64,000 nucleotides of DNA, from contig CAWAHW010000001.1 in assembly GCA_963781885.1 (NCBI GenBank), positions 480,001-544,000 of the forward strand, given 5' to 3'. Positions 51,868-62,114 of the stretch are shown here, piece after piece. The notes under the pieces were generated by a model that was not told where the DNA came from, ran no database searches, and saw only the letters and a program-made list of their open reading frames with translations. A program made the position numbers and the translations under genes. How positions within the stretch are numbered: position 1 is the stretch's first letter; every line of letters begins with the position of its first letter. The stretch is from an uncultured Spirochaetota bacterium. GTDB lineage: Bacteria; Spirochaetota; Spirochaetia; SZUA-6; Fen-1364.

Positions 51868-54098
51868 TGCATCGTCCCGGGGTAGATCACGAGGATGTCG
51901 CCCTTTGTCGTGCCGACGACGATCCGTGGGCCGTCCTGCACGGGCCGGGTATTGAGCACGGCGCCGACGTCCAGCGATGCAACGGGCCTGCCCGTGAGCG
52001 CGTCGACTGCCGACAGCTTTCCGCTCTGCGTTCCGAAATACAGCCTGCCGTCCAGGAGGAGCGGCGGCGTGGAGGCGCCGGGAACCGGGGCAAAAAGGGG
52101 CGTGCCGTCGGTTCCGTAGGCATAGACCGTGTTGCGCGTGAAAACGTAGACGCCGTCCGCGGAGCCTGCGAGGTCCTGGAACACGCCGCCGCCGCCCTGG
52201 CCGGGAAGGGTCTTCCGCCACGCCACGCGCTGCGCGTCCAGGTCGACTGCAACCAGGAGCGATTTGCGATCCGCAAAATACGCGCGGGATCCCTCAACGA
52301 GAACGGAGGTTGCCACGGGTTGGTTCGCCGGCGTGGGAATCTGCGTGAGGACGCTGCCCGTCGCCTGGTCCACGGCGACGAAGAGGCCCGCCTGGCTGAC
52401 CGCGTAGATCCTGCCGCCGACGACGCTGGGCGACATCAGCGTGCCGCCGGGGATCGGGTAGTCGTGCAGGGTGCGGCCGGTGCGCGGATCGAAGAGGCGA
52501 AGGGAGGAGGAGGTGGGGAACACGCCAACCGTGTCGGCGATGGAGACGTGCTGGCCGAAGAGGTGCGTGGAGGCGCCGTCCAGCGGCGTGCGGGCGGCGG
52601 GCTGACCGGTGCCGGCGTCCAGCACGAGGAACTCGCGCGCCCCGCTGAATGCCACCACGCCCGGGCCCGTGACCGGGAAGGAGTTCTCATTCGGCGTGTT
52701 CAGGGTCGCGGTGCTCCAGAGCACGCGCCCCTGCCGGTCGGCGGCAATCACGTGGCCGGTGCCGTCCGCGGCAACGAGCGTGTTTCCTGCCACCGCAAGC
52801 GCGCCGACAAGCGGGCTTGCACTCACGTTGAACTTCGTCTCAATGGGCTGGGCTTCCAGCTGCACGTTGAAAGAAGCGGGCTTTCCCGCCGCAATCTGCA
52901 CCGCGACGTTTTTCGGCGCGTATCCTTCGTGCTGCACGACAAGATTGAGCGTGGTGCCGTCCGCGACGTCCGCCGTATAGCTTCCCGCGCCGACGGGGGC
53001 GCCATCACGAAGGATCTGCGCGTCGGCAGGCGCGGCGGTCACGGTGAAATGAATCGGCGATGGAGCCGCGGGCGGCGCCGCAGCAGGGGCGGAGGGCGTG
53101 CCCGTAGCGGAAGCAGCGCGTGCGGGTGCCGCCGGCGCCGCGGCAGGTGGCGCGCCGGAGGTGCGGGACGCGGGGGCGGGTGTCTGCGGCGCCGGTGTCT
53201 GGCTCGGTTCCGGCATGCTGCCCAGCGGCTGAAGCACGCGCTGTCCTGCTGGATTGAGCCGCGCCGCGGTGCCCGTCGCCGCGGCCAGCCCGCGCACGGC
53301 AGCGTCCACCGCCGCGGCGCGCGATGTCACTGTGGCGTTGGATGGCGCCTGGCCCGCTGCCTGCTCCCGCGCAATCTGCGCCGCGGCATCACGGACAGCG
53401 GCAAACCGGGTCGCTGCCGCGGCGTTGGCCGCTGCCGTGACCGTGATCTCGCGCCCCGCGGGCACGGCCGCTGCCGATGCGTTCACGCGGCCCACCAGGG
53501 CATCCAGCTCCGGCACGGGCGCGCTCACCTGCGCTTGCAGCGCCTGCGTGTCGAATGATGCCGGCAGCACCGCGACGACGCCGTCCTGCACCGCGACCGT
53601 CGTGGCGCCCGCGGCGGAAAGCGACACGGCGAATGCCGTTCCGCGCACGCCTGCCAGCGCCGACGACGTGCGCACGTTGTAGCCGTCCGCGCTGCTCAGT
53701 TTCCTGACCTTGGAAAGGATCGTGCCGCTCACGAGCCCAAGCGTGACCTGTGAGCCGGCGCCGCTGAGCTGCACGGTGTCGAGCTCCAGCTCCGTGCTTT
53801 CGCGGATGCTCACGACGGCCATGTCGGCGAACCGCAGCTGGCACTCCGCCCCCGCCGCCGTGCGCACGGCATCGCCGCGGGAGAGGGTCGCGCCGGTGTC
53901 GATGGCGCTCCACGCGCCCTGGCGCCGTCCCTGGACGTCGCCGCTCGCGTAAATGACTTCCACGGTTGAAGGGGCGACCGCCGCGGCGTTTTGCGGGGGA
54001 GCCTGCACGGGGGCGGGCTGCGGGGGTCGACTGCATCCGGCAAGAAGGGCGGCGCAGCCGATAGCGGCGAAAAGGGCCTGGCGCTGTCCGATAGTCAA
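51864..54098 (-). CDS. Lipoprotein with FecR, PEGA-like and PQQ-type (BamB-like) beta-propeller domains
   Basis: Lipobox LLAGC; GDAVRT, AGVRGTAF; repeated LxAvDxxTG...W. Confidence 0.85.
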   Translation of the reverse strand: MTIGQRQALFAAIGCAALLAGCSRPPQPAPVQAPPQNAAAVAPSTVEVIYASGDVQGRRQGAWSAIDTGATLSRGDAVRTAAGAECQLRFADMAVVSIRESTELELDTVQLSGAGSQVTLGLVSGTILSKVRKLSSADGYNVRTSSALAGVRGTAFAVSLSAAGATTVAVQDGVVAVLPASFDTQALQAQVSAPVPELDALVGRVNASAAAVPAGREITVTAAANAAAATRFAAVRDAAAQIAREQAAGQAPSNATVTSRAAAVDAAVRGLAAATGTAARLNPAGQRVLQPLGSMPEPSQTPAPQTPAPASRTSGAPPAAAPAAPARAASATGTPSAPAAAPPAAPSPIHFTVTAAPADAQILRDGAPVGAGSYTADVADGTTLNLVVQHEGYAPKNVAVQIAAGKPASFNVQLEAQPIETKFNVSASPLVGALAVAGNTLVAADGTGHVIAADRQGRVLWSTATLNTPNENSFPVTGPGVVAFSGAREFLVLDAGTGQPAARTPLDGASTHLFGQHVSIADTVGVFPTSSSLRLFDPRTGRTLHDYPIPGGTLMSPSVVGGRIYAVSQAGLFVAVDQATGSVLTQIPTPANQPVATSVLVEGSRAYFADRKSLLVAVDLDAQRVAWRKTLPGQGGGGVFQDLAGSADGVYVFTRNTVYAYGTDGTPLFAPVPGASTPPLLLDGRLYFGTQSGKLSAVDALTGRPVASLDVGAVLNTRPVQDGPRIVVGTTKGDILVIYPGTMQ

Positions 54099-54169
54099 CT
54101 CAACTCACCTCCGCAAAACGTGAATATACTCACCCCGCGGACGCGGCGACCATCGTCGTGTACCGAAAA

Positions 54170-55013
54170 TCAGGAATGGGCGCCGACCAGGCGCGCGCTT
54201 TCCTCCCACAGGCGGGCGGCTTCGGGTAGGAGATCGTACGGGACGCGAATCTCGGCGGGCGCGCCGTTCACGAAGAGCTTTCCCGTCTGCCCGACCAGGG
54301 CAGGCGAGGTGGCAAGGGCAATGCCGGTCTTGGTCTCCCTGCTCATGAAGAGCATGGCGAAGCGCATCACGGCTGCCATGTACCACGGCAGGCTGCCGGG
54401 CAGCCCCGAGCGTACGAAGCCGGGATGGAAGGTGTTGGCCGTCACACCGGTGCCCTGCATGCGTCGCGCGAGCTCCAGCGTGAAGAGCGTCTTCGCCAGC
54501 GCAGCGCGCGTGGTGGCCTTCAGGGGGCCCCAGCCCTTGCGCAGCATCAGGTCGTCCATGTCCAGCCGAATACGCCGGAGAGGGGCCGGGAGTCCCGAAA
54601 CAGTGATGACCCGCGAGGGTTGGCCTGCCAGGAGCAGGTCCAGGAGAAGATCGGTGAGCAGGAAGTGGCCAAGGTAGCATGCGGCGAAAATGCTTTCGTG
54701 GCCGTCCGACCGTCTCGACCCTCTTCATTGTGAGCGTGGCGGCGTTCAGAGACAGCACATGGAGCCTGTCGTACTTGCGGCGGAACGCCTCAGCCAGCGC
54801 CCTCACGGAGGCAAGCTCGGAAAGGTCCGCGGCCAGCGCTTCCACGCGAGGTTTTCCCGTTTTCGCGCTGATCTCCCGCGCCACCTGGTCTCCGCGCGCC
54901 TGGCTGCGGCTCACGATCACGACGGTCGCCCCCTCCCGCGCGCATGCTGTGGCGATCGATTTTCCCACGCCCGAAGTTCCACCCGTGACCAGGCACACCT
55001 TGTCGTTCATCAT
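54170..55013 (-). CDS. SDR oxidoreductase, frameshift near 54710
   Basis: TGGTSGVG; DGHESIFAACYLGHFLLT in the second frame; FHPGFVRS. Confidence 0.85.
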
Positions 55014-55159
55014 AGCCACCAAAGTACGAAGTGGCGGGAGGAGTCGGCAAGGACGGAAAGGCCGTGCGCGGGGCCGTCTCTCTGACGCCCTGAGACCCTG
55101 TGCACCCACTTTTCCGATCGGCACAGACGGCAGTAGAGTGATGGCCCCGGGAGGAGCCC

Positions 55160-57076
55160 ATGAGAAAATGTCTTGCGACCGCACTCTTTCTCGCCATCGT
55201 TGCAATCGCCCAGGGTCGGGCCGCGGCGACAGGACCCGCGCCGGAAATGACCGCCGCCGACGTTGGCGCGTTTCTGGATGGTGCGCTTCCTGCCCAGCTC
55301 GCGCGTGAAGATATCGCCGGTGCGGTCGTTGCGGTCGTGAAAGACGGCGGACTCCTGTTTGAGAAGGGCTACGGCTTCGCCGACGTCGCGAAAATGACCC
55401 CCGTCTCCCCCGAGGACACGCTCTTCCGTCCCGGCTCGATATCCAAGCTCTTTACGTGGACCGCGGTCATGCAGCTCGTGGAGCAGGGGAAGCTCGACCT
55501 GGACAAGGACGTGAATGCCTACCTCGACTTTGTCATCCCGCAGAAGGGCGGCTCACCCATCACGCTGCGCACCCTCATGACGCACACCCCGGGATTCGAA
55601 GAGGTGCTGCGGGAGCTCTTCCTCGGCGACGTCGCCGATATGAAGCCCCTGGGAAGCTGGCTGGCGTCGCACGTTCCGCAGAGGATTTTTGCCCCGGGGG
55701 TGCTCCCCGCGTACTCCAACTACGGCGCGGCGCTGGCGGGTTACGTCGTCGAACGCGTCTCCGGCGAGCCTTTTGCCGCCTACATCGAGGCGCACATCCT
55801 CGCACCGCTGGGCATGACCCATTCCTCATTCCGCCAGCCGCTTCCCGCGCCGCTCCAGCCGCTCATGTCCCGCGGTTACATCACCGCTTCGGGTGCTCCC
55901 CGGCCCTTTGAGATCGTCGAGCCTGCTCCCGCGGGAAGCATGTCCGTCACCGCGGGGGACATCGCCCGCTTCATGATCGCCCATCTGCAAGACGGCCGTT
56001 ACGGAAATGCGCGCATCCTCAGGCCCGCAACGGCGCGGCTCATGCACGCGCGGCAGTTCGGCATGCTTCCCGCGCTGAACGGCATCGCGCTCGGGTTCTA
56101 CGAGGACTCCCGCAACGGCCTCCGAATCATCGGCCACGGGGGCGACACCATTGCGTTCCACAGCGACCTTCGCCTGATCCCGGACAAGGGCGTGGGCTTT
56201 TTCATCTCGGTGAACAGCCGCGGCAAGGAGGGCTCCGATGTTCGCACCACGGTCTGGCACGCCTTTCTTGACCGCTATTTCCCCTTTGCCCCGCCCGCCG
56301 TCACGGCTCTCCCAACGGCGGCGCGGGACGCCGCTTCCGTGACGGGCCGCTACATCGCCACCCGCCGCTCCGTGAGCACCTTCTACCGGGTGGGCGCCCT
56401 TGTCACCGAGCCGGCTGTCTCCCGCAATCCGGACGGCACCATCAGCGTGAACGTCCTGAAGGGTCCGAACGGCATGCCGCTCCATTTCACGGAGACGGCG
56501 CCCCTGTTCTTCCAGGCTCCTGACGGCCAGACGCATATCGGTTTCACGAAAGAATCCAGCGGGCGCCTCGTCGCCGCGACCGACACGCCGGTGTTCGCCT
56601 TTGAAAAGGCCCGCTGGTTCGAGGACAGCCGCCTGAATGTCCCGCTCCTGCTCTTTGCAATCGTCGTGATGGCCCTCACGCTGCTCCTCTGGCCCGTGGG
56701 AGCACTGCTGCGAAAACACTACGGACGGAAGCTGGAGCTCACCGGCCGGCGGCGCCTCTTCCGCCTGCTGGGGCGCCTGGTCCCCGCGCTCGACCTTCTG
56801 TTCATGCTGGCGTTCAACGTGACGATCTCCGTTGCGACGTCGAAATCGGGCGCCGCAGGGGCACGCCTGGACGTGTGGCTGCGCATTCTGCAGGCCTTTG
56901 GCTGGCTTGGGGTCATGGGCACGCTCGTGCCGCTGCGCAACGCGATTGGATCATGGCTCTGGAAGGACCGCTGGCTCCTGTCCCGTCTTGGCGACACGGC
57001 CGCGGCCCTTGCCTGCCTTGCATTCGTCTGGCTTGTCTTCGTGACGAACCTGCTCAGCGCAAGCCTGAGTTTTTAG
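55160..57076 (+). CDS. Serine hydrolase (beta-lactamase class C-like) with C-terminal TM helices
   Basis: SISK, LMTHTPGF, YSN, HGG. Confidence 0.92.
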   Translation: MRKCLATALFLAIVAIAQGRAAATGPAPEMTAADVGAFLDGALPAQLAREDIAGAVVAVVKDGGLLFEKGYGFADVAKMTPVSPEDTLFRPGSISKLFTWTAVMQLVEQGKLDLDKDVNAYLDFVIPQKGGSPITLRTLMTHTPGFEEVLRELFLGDVADMKPLGSWLASHVPQRIFAPGVLPAYSNYGAALAGYVVERVSGEPFAAYIEAHILAPLGMTHSSFRQPLPAPLQPLMSRGYITASGAPRPFEIVEPAPAGSMSVTAGDIARFMIAHLQDGRYGNARILRPATARLMHARQFGMLPALNGIALGFYEDSRNGLRIIGHGGDTIAFHSDLRLIPDKGVGFFISVNSRGKEGSDVRTTVWHAFLDRYFPFAPPAVTALPTAARDAASVTGRYIATRRSVSTFYRVGALVTEPAVSRNPDGTISVNVLKGPNGMPLHFTETAPLFFQAPDGQTHIGFTKESSGRLVAATDTPVFAFEKARWFEDSRLNVPLLLFAIVVMALTLLLWPVGALLRKHYGRKLELTGRRRLFRLLGRLVPALDLLFMLAFNVTISVATSKSGAAGARLDVWLRILQAFGWLGVMGTLVPLRNAIGSWLWKDRWLLSRLGDTAAALACLAFVWLVFVTNLLSASLSF

Positions 57077-57188
57077 CCGCGTCCGGCGTCCTCAGTCCGG
57101 CTCTGGCAGTCCGCCTCATAGAGCTTTTCCTTTGCGCCGCTTGCGCACCATCGGCTTCTCCCCTATCATGGCCCGGCACGGGAGGAGC

Positions 57189-59426
57189 ATGCCGCCAAAA
57201 GCCCAGACGCCAGGAGCTGAATCCAGGAAGCAACCTGCCGCCGCCGCTCCCGCGGCGACCACCGGCGACACCACCCTCGACATCCGCATGGCGCGCCTTG
57301 CGCGGCTGGTCGGCACGGATGAAGGCTTCTTCCTCCTGGCGCTCCATTCGTTCGTGGAGAGCTTCATCTGCGACGTATTCCCCTCCTACAAGTACGCCAG
57401 CAATTTCCCCACCCTCCTCTGGGACTACAAGGATTTCCTGAAGGCCGAAAGGAAAGCGGACCTCCAGGACCTGCAGGCCATCATCCGCATGGCCAAGGAA
57501 CATCCCACCGCCAACAAGGTCCGACACGGCTTCCTGCCGCTGGGCAAGGAAGAGGCGGTGGCAGCGACCTACAATTTCCTGGGATTCTGCCGCGCGTCCG
57601 GCATCGTCCATCCGTTCCTGGATACCCTCAAAATGAGCCTCAATGTGTGGGACGAGAAGGTCTCCCCGATCCAGAAGAGCCAGGAGCTGGGCAGGCTCAA
57701 GTTCGATCTTTTCCTTTCGCAGCGTGAGAACAGGAAGCTCCTCCAGCAGGCTGCCGCGGCGCGGGATGCCGAGGCAAAGGCCGAGCAGCTTGAATCCGAC
57801 CTGAAGCAGCGCGCCGCGGAGCTCGCGCGGGAGCGGGCGCGCGCGGAAGGAAAGACCGACAGGGTGGACGTCCTGCGGGCGGAGCTCAACAACCTCAACC
57901 AGCAGAAGAAGAGCCTTACGGACGAGCTTGCGAAGTTTCGCGACCTGAACCTCTACGTCGAGCACCTCAACAGGTTCACGATCTACACCCGCACCCGGCG
58001 CGACTACGAGCGCAGCTTCATGCGCCTCACCGCGGAGCAGCAGGCGGCGCTGGACGCCATCACGCCCGGTCACGACTACCTGGTGCGCGGCGGGGCGGGT
58101 ACGGGCAAGACCATCGTGCTCCTCCACGCCTACGGCAAGGCACGGCGCGAGCTTTTCGCGCGCAGCACCGTGCTCCTCACCTACACGACGACCCTGGTGA
58201 AGTACGACCGCTACCTCGCGGAGCTGCTGAAGGCCTCGGAGGACCCCACCCTCATCCAGACCGCCGACAGCTTTTTCCTTGGCCGCCTGCGCGGCATCGA
58301 CCCGTCGTGGAACGTGGACTATGGCGCGGTGGAGACCCTTGCGAAGCGATGGAACACCACGGGCTTCATGACCGACGGCGAGCTCGCCGCCGAGGTGGAG
58401 GATTTCCTCCTTGCCAACATGGTGAGCCGCACCGAGTACGTGGAGGACCGTGTGGCGCGCCGCGGCATGCGCCAGCCTCTCACCAAGGACCAGCGCGCGC
58501 TGGTGTGGGAGATCAGGGGCATGATCGTCGGTGCGATGGAGGACCGCGGTCTTTTCAGCAAGAACTATTCGCGCATCAAGATAATAGAAGCGATTGGCGA
58601 TGTCGGAACGGCGGCTCATGCGGTGGATAGTGCCGTCTCCGGCGACGCCGCACAAGGCGCCGTCGAGCTTGCCTTCGTGGACGAGTCGCAGGACCTCACG
58701 GCCGCGGACCTGAAGGCACTGAAGCTCCTGTGCAAAGGCGGCGTGATCATGGCAGGCGATTCCGGCCAGGCCATCTACGGCCTGGGCAGCCCGTACAGGC
58801 GGGCCGGCATCGACATCTCGGGCCGCACGAAAATACTGCGCACCGACTTCCGCACCACCTGCCCCATCCATGATCTTGCGGAAAAATACCGGGAGCTCTG
58901 CGGTCCCGACATCGATGGCGAGCAGGTGACCACGCACGCGTTCCGCGAAGGACCTTCACCCGAGCTGTACCGGGCCGGCACGCGGGAGGATCTCCTGAAG
59001 CTCCTGGTGGAAAAAGCGAGCTTGTTCATCGAAAAGCTCGGCTACGATCCTGAGAACATCACCGTGCTTGCACCGAGCAAGACCGACGTGGGCCTCATCC
59101 AGGACAAGCTCTCCCGTCGCGGCATCAAGTCCGCGAACATCCGCGACGATTCCTTCTCCTTTGCCACGGAAGGCCTTGTGCGCGTGACGACGCTCCATTC
59201 AAGCAAGGGCCTGGACTTCCCCGTCGTGCTCCTGTACCTGCCGTCGCTTCCGATTGCCGGCGAATACGACCCGAAGTCGGCGGATGCCCTGGCGCGCAAC
59301 CTCATCTACGTCGCCATGACGCGCGCGATGGACAACCTGAACGTTTTCGTGATGGAAGAGGCAAGGGAAAAGGCCATTACGGAACTAGTCGGCGTGATCG
59401 GCGGGATGGGAGGAGGGACGCCATAA
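57189..59426 (+). CDS. SF1 (UvrD/Rep-like) helicase with N-terminal helical and coiled-coil region
   Basis: GGAGTGKT, VDESQD, GDSGQAIY, TLHSSKGLDF, YVAMTRA. Confidence 0.9.
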   Translation: MPPKAQTPGAESRKQPAAAAPAATTGDTTLDIRMARLARLVGTDEGFFLLALHSFVESFICDVFPSYKYASNFPTLLWDYKDFLKAERKADLQDLQAIIRMAKEHPTANKVRHGFLPLGKEEAVAATYNFLGFCRASGIVHPFLDTLKMSLNVWDEKVSPIQKSQELGRLKFDLFLSQRENRKLLQQAAAARDAEAKAEQLESDLKQRAAELARERARAEGKTDRVDVLRAELNNLNQQKKSLTDELAKFRDLNLYVEHLNRFTIYTRTRRDYERSFMRLTAEQQAALDAITPGHDYLVRGGAGTGKTIVLLHAYGKARRELFARSTVLLTYTTTLVKYDRYLAELLKASEDPTLIQTADSFFLGRLRGIDPSWNVDYGAVETLAKRWNTTGFMTDGELAAEVEDFLLANMVSRTEYVEDRVARRGMRQPLTKDQRALVWEIRGMIVGAMEDRGLFSKNYSRIKIIEAIGDVGTAAHAVDSAVSGDAAQGAVELAFVDESQDLTAADLKALKLLCKGGVIMAGDSGQAIYGLGSPYRRAGIDISGRTKILRTDFRTTCPIHDLAEKYRELCGPDIDGEQVTTHAFREGPSPELYRAGTREDLLKLLVEKASLFIEKLGYDPENITVLAPSKTDVGLIQDKLSRRGIKSANIRDDSFSFATEGLVRVTTLHSSKGLDFPVVLLYLPSLPIAGEYDPKSADALARNLIYVAMTRAMDNLNVFVMEEAREKAITELVGVIGGMGGGTP

Positions 59427-59448
59427 GGGTTGTTCCCAGTCGGTGGGC

Positions 59449-59802
59449 TCAGCGCCTGCCGCCGCCGGGAGGCGTGCGGTCTTCACCGAAATACTTTTCG
59501 CTTCGATACCTGAGCCATACGCGCAGAACTTGCGGGATCTTTTCCTTCTCCGCCTGCGTGAGCTTGGCGTACAGCGCCAGCGCCCGCGTGCGTTCCGCCC
59601 GGCAGGCGCCATTGTTGTGGGCGTCCCAGTAGCTGCGCGCCAGTCGAATGCGGCGGCAGACTTCCTTTCGCAATGCTTCGCCGGTCAAGCTTGCCGGATC
59701 CGGGCGCTTCTTCACGAGATGAAGATAACCGCCCGCGCCGGGGAATCGCAAGCGGCGTTTGTCTTGATCAGAAAGACGCCGTGGTGCGGGTCTCACCGGC
59801 AA
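59449..59802 (-). CDS. Small basic hypothetical protein
   Basis: RRIRLARSYWDAHNNGACR...IPQVLRVWLRYRSEKYFG looks like a conserved family; function not assigned. Confidence 0.65.
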   Translation of the reverse strand: MPVRPAPRRLSDQDKRRLRFPGAGGYLHLVKKRPDPASLTGEALRKEVCRRIRLARSYWDAHNNGACRAERTRALALYAKLTQAEKEKIPQVLRVWLRYRSEKYFGEDRTPPGGGRR

Positions 59803-59889
59803 TGACGCCGCGACGAGGGGCCTCCGTCAGGCTGAATTCGCGCCCGCTGCGAAAGACACCATTGCAATCGCCGTCACCAATTTTCCTCC

Positions 59890-60906
59890 TTACCTGACGA
59901 TCTCCCTTCCGTCGGCGAACCTCGCGAACCTGCCACGGGACCTCGGGTGAACAGGGTCGCTCCTGGACCAGGGCCAGCCGCCGAACTGGTCCCTGCGATA
60001 GTCGCGGAACGCCGCAACGATTTCTTCCTGGGTGTTCATGACAAAGGGGCCGAACTGGACGACAGGTTCGTCGATCGGCCTGCCTTGGAGCAGCAGGAGA
60101 TGACATTCGTCGTCTCCTGCCTCCAGCATCACGTCGGGCTCAGGCCGCAGCCGAACGGAATGGTCGGCCTTTATTTCCATGCCGTCGACGACGATCCGCG
60201 ACCCGCGGTAGAAAAAGAGCTTGCGATTCACGCCGGCAGACGCGGCAGGCATTTTCCAGGATGAATGCGGCTCCATACGAATTGTCCATATCGCCAGCTC
60301 GTTCGCGGGGTCCGCGGCCCACGAATCCGGCGCCGGTGGAAGGGCCCGTACACCGCCAAGAGTGCCGGCGATGATGTCGACCTCGATCGGATTTCCTGCG
60401 GTGTTTCTTTGCGACAAGCGGGGAACGTCTTCGGTCCACAACATCGTGTAATACGGTTTTGCGAATTTCCGCGCCGCGGGCAGGTTGAGCCAGATCTGGA
60501 AGAGCTCCAGCGGATTCCCGGCGTCCGTGTCGAGCAGCGGAAACATCTCCGCGTGCTGGATGCCGGCTCCGGCCGTCAACCATTGCACGTCGCCGTTGCC
60601 GTAACGCCCCGCCGCCCCTTGCGAATCGGAGTGATCGATCAGCCCTTTCAGGACCGCGGTTACTGTCTCGAATCCGCGGTGTGGATGCGACGGAAACCCC
60701 GGCACCGCCTCACCATGGTACATGCGCCAGTCCTCGCGCGGGTCGAAGTCCTGTCCCCTGTCCCTTCCCTCAAGCGAAGCCGCGGGCCCAAGCTCCGCGT
60801 TCCCCGCCGGGTAGTTGTCCAGGTGATGCACGCAGTAGAGGAAAGGATCCTCGGTCTCCCAGGGGAAACTGAGCTTCTTGGTGGAAATCACAGACGTGCC
60901 GGCCAT
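59890..60906 (-). CDS. Pirin family protein
   Basis: HPHRGFETVT, AGAGIQHAE, QIWLNLP, GPFVMNT. Confidence 0.95.
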   Translation of the reverse strand: MAGTSVISTKKLSFPWETEDPFLYCVHHLDNYPAGNAELGPAASLEGRDRGQDFDPREDWRMYHGEAVPGFPSHPHRGFETVTAVLKGLIDHSDSQGAAGRYGNGDVQWLTAGAGIQHAEMFPLLDTDAGNPLELFQIWLNLPAARKFAKPYYTMLWTEDVPRLSQRNTAGNPIEVDIIAGTLGGVRALPPAPDSWAADPANELAIWTIRMEPHSSWKMPAASAGVNRKLFFYRGSRIVVDGMEIKADHSVRLRPEPDVMLEAGDDECHLLLLQGRPIDEPVVQFGPFVMNTQEEIVAAFRDYRRDQFGGWPWSRSDPVHPRSRGRFARFADGREIVR

Positions 60907-61032
60907 GGGGTGCCTCCAATTATCACTTTGGACATTATAGCTTACCGGGCACGAGGCGGGGAGGGAGGCGGACGTTCACAGGCGCATACGCTTCCTTGAC
61001 GCGCGGCCCGGTCGGCGTCGAATGCGCGCTGA

Positions 61033-61458
61033 TCAGGCGCCGCCGAGGACCGCGTCCAGGGAGAGCTCCGGGAACAGGTTCTTTACTTTCTTCAGAGTTG
61101 AGAGCGATGGATTCCCGCGCCGTTCGAGTCTCTGGTAGCTATAGATGCTCTTCAGCTTGAGCTTCTGCGCCGCCTGCTGCTGCGTGAGACGCCGGCGGAG
61201 CCGTGCCTGCCGCAGTTGCATCGCAAATGCAACTCCGGGATCCACCTCAACGGCAACCACGTTTCGCGTTTTTATTTCTCGTGCCGGCGGCGGGAAGATC
61301 ACTTTTGAAGATTCCGGTTCTTCGAGGTACAGATTCAGAGCTTCACGCATGTTTTTCTCGAGCTCCATCCGACTCCGTCCCTGCGTCAGGCAGCCTTCAA
61401 GCTCGATGCATTCTGCCCATGCAGGGCGGCCGGTGTGGATCTGAAAATGGTACTTCAT
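61033..61458 (-). CDS. hicB: HicB antitoxin with C-terminal HTH
   Basis: LEGCLTQGRS...NMREALNLYL; LTQQQAAQKL...YQRLE...NPSLSTL. Confidence 0.9.
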   Translation of the reverse strand: MKYHFQIHTGRPAWAECIELEGCLTQGRSRMELEKNMREALNLYLEEPESSKVIFPPPAREIKTRNVVAVEVDPGVAFAMQLRQARLRRRLTQQQAAQKLKLKSIYSYQRLERRGNPSLSTLKKVKNLFPELSLDAVLGGA

Positions 61459-61563
61459 TGTTTTCCTTGCTGGTCCGTCCTGGACCGCGCGAGCCTTTTC
61501 AGCAGCTTGCGTTCGATCCCGCGACCGAGCTCCTTGTGCAACACATTGTCGCCTGAGTGGCAC
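61455..61563 (-). pseudogene. hicA: HicA toxin remnant (internal deletion)
   Basis: RBS GAGGAG, GTG-CCA-CTC start, then out-of-frame LHKELGRGIERKLLK...* overlapping the hicB ATG; 109 nt; GSH core absent. Confidence 0.7.
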
Positions 61564-61579
61564 CCCGTCTCTCCTCCTC

Positions 61580-61605
61580 ACTTTACCAATTAAAGTTGGC
61601 AAAGT
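61580..61605 (-). promoter_or_regulatory. Inverted-repeat operator of hicAB
   Basis: ACTTTACCAA-N6-TTGGCAAAGT (1 mismatch). Confidence 0.6.
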
Positions 61606-61703
61606 ACAGCGTCTGGAAGAAATGACGATTCGCGGCAAACCGAAAGGCCGCGTCCCGATTGAAGGATTGCGATGGCAATCTCCCGAACCGCAAGACTGGC
61701 GCG

Positions 61704-62114
61704 TCAGCGGTTGGGCATCGATTCAAGGACAACGAGATCCGGAATCTGGCGAAAGTGCGGATCCCGCGACACCACGACGGCCCCTGCCCGCAGCGCACAT
61801 GAAGCAATCGCCAGGTCGGGCACGGGGAGAATCGTCCCTTGCCTGTCCAGCCCCCATGCCAGGCGAGCAGCTTCGCGCCACAGCTCCTCGTTCAGGGGGC
61901 AGGCGGATATTTCGTCGAAAAGCTCTTCCATCCACGTGCGAACCTGGTCGTTGATGATGCCGCGGAGCACCTCGAGCCTGATGATTCCACAGGTCAGGAG
62001 CGTGCCCTTTTCCAAGGCGGATCGAAATTCATCCGTCGGACTCCGTCCCGCGCGCAGGAGATCGATATAGATCGATGAATCGACCAGGAGAGGGCGCTCT
62101 GCCTTACCGGTCAT
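61704..62114 (-). CDS. vapC: VapC PIN-domain toxin
   Basis: LVDSSIYI, LEVLRG, DLAIA, SRDPHF. Confidence 0.9.
   Translation of the reverse strand: MTGKAERPLLVDSSIYIDLLRAGRSPTDEFRSALEKGTLLTCGIIRLEVLRGIINDQVRTWMEELFDEISACPLNEELWREAARLAWGLDRQGTILPVPDLAIASCALRAGAVVVSRDPHFRQIPDLVVLESMPNR

Noticed and set aside
48994-52221. Apparent 1075-aa PEGA/double-barrel fusion
   Set aside because: Caused by a frameshift near 50180; an internal signal peptide and GTGA overlap at 50061-50064 show two genes.
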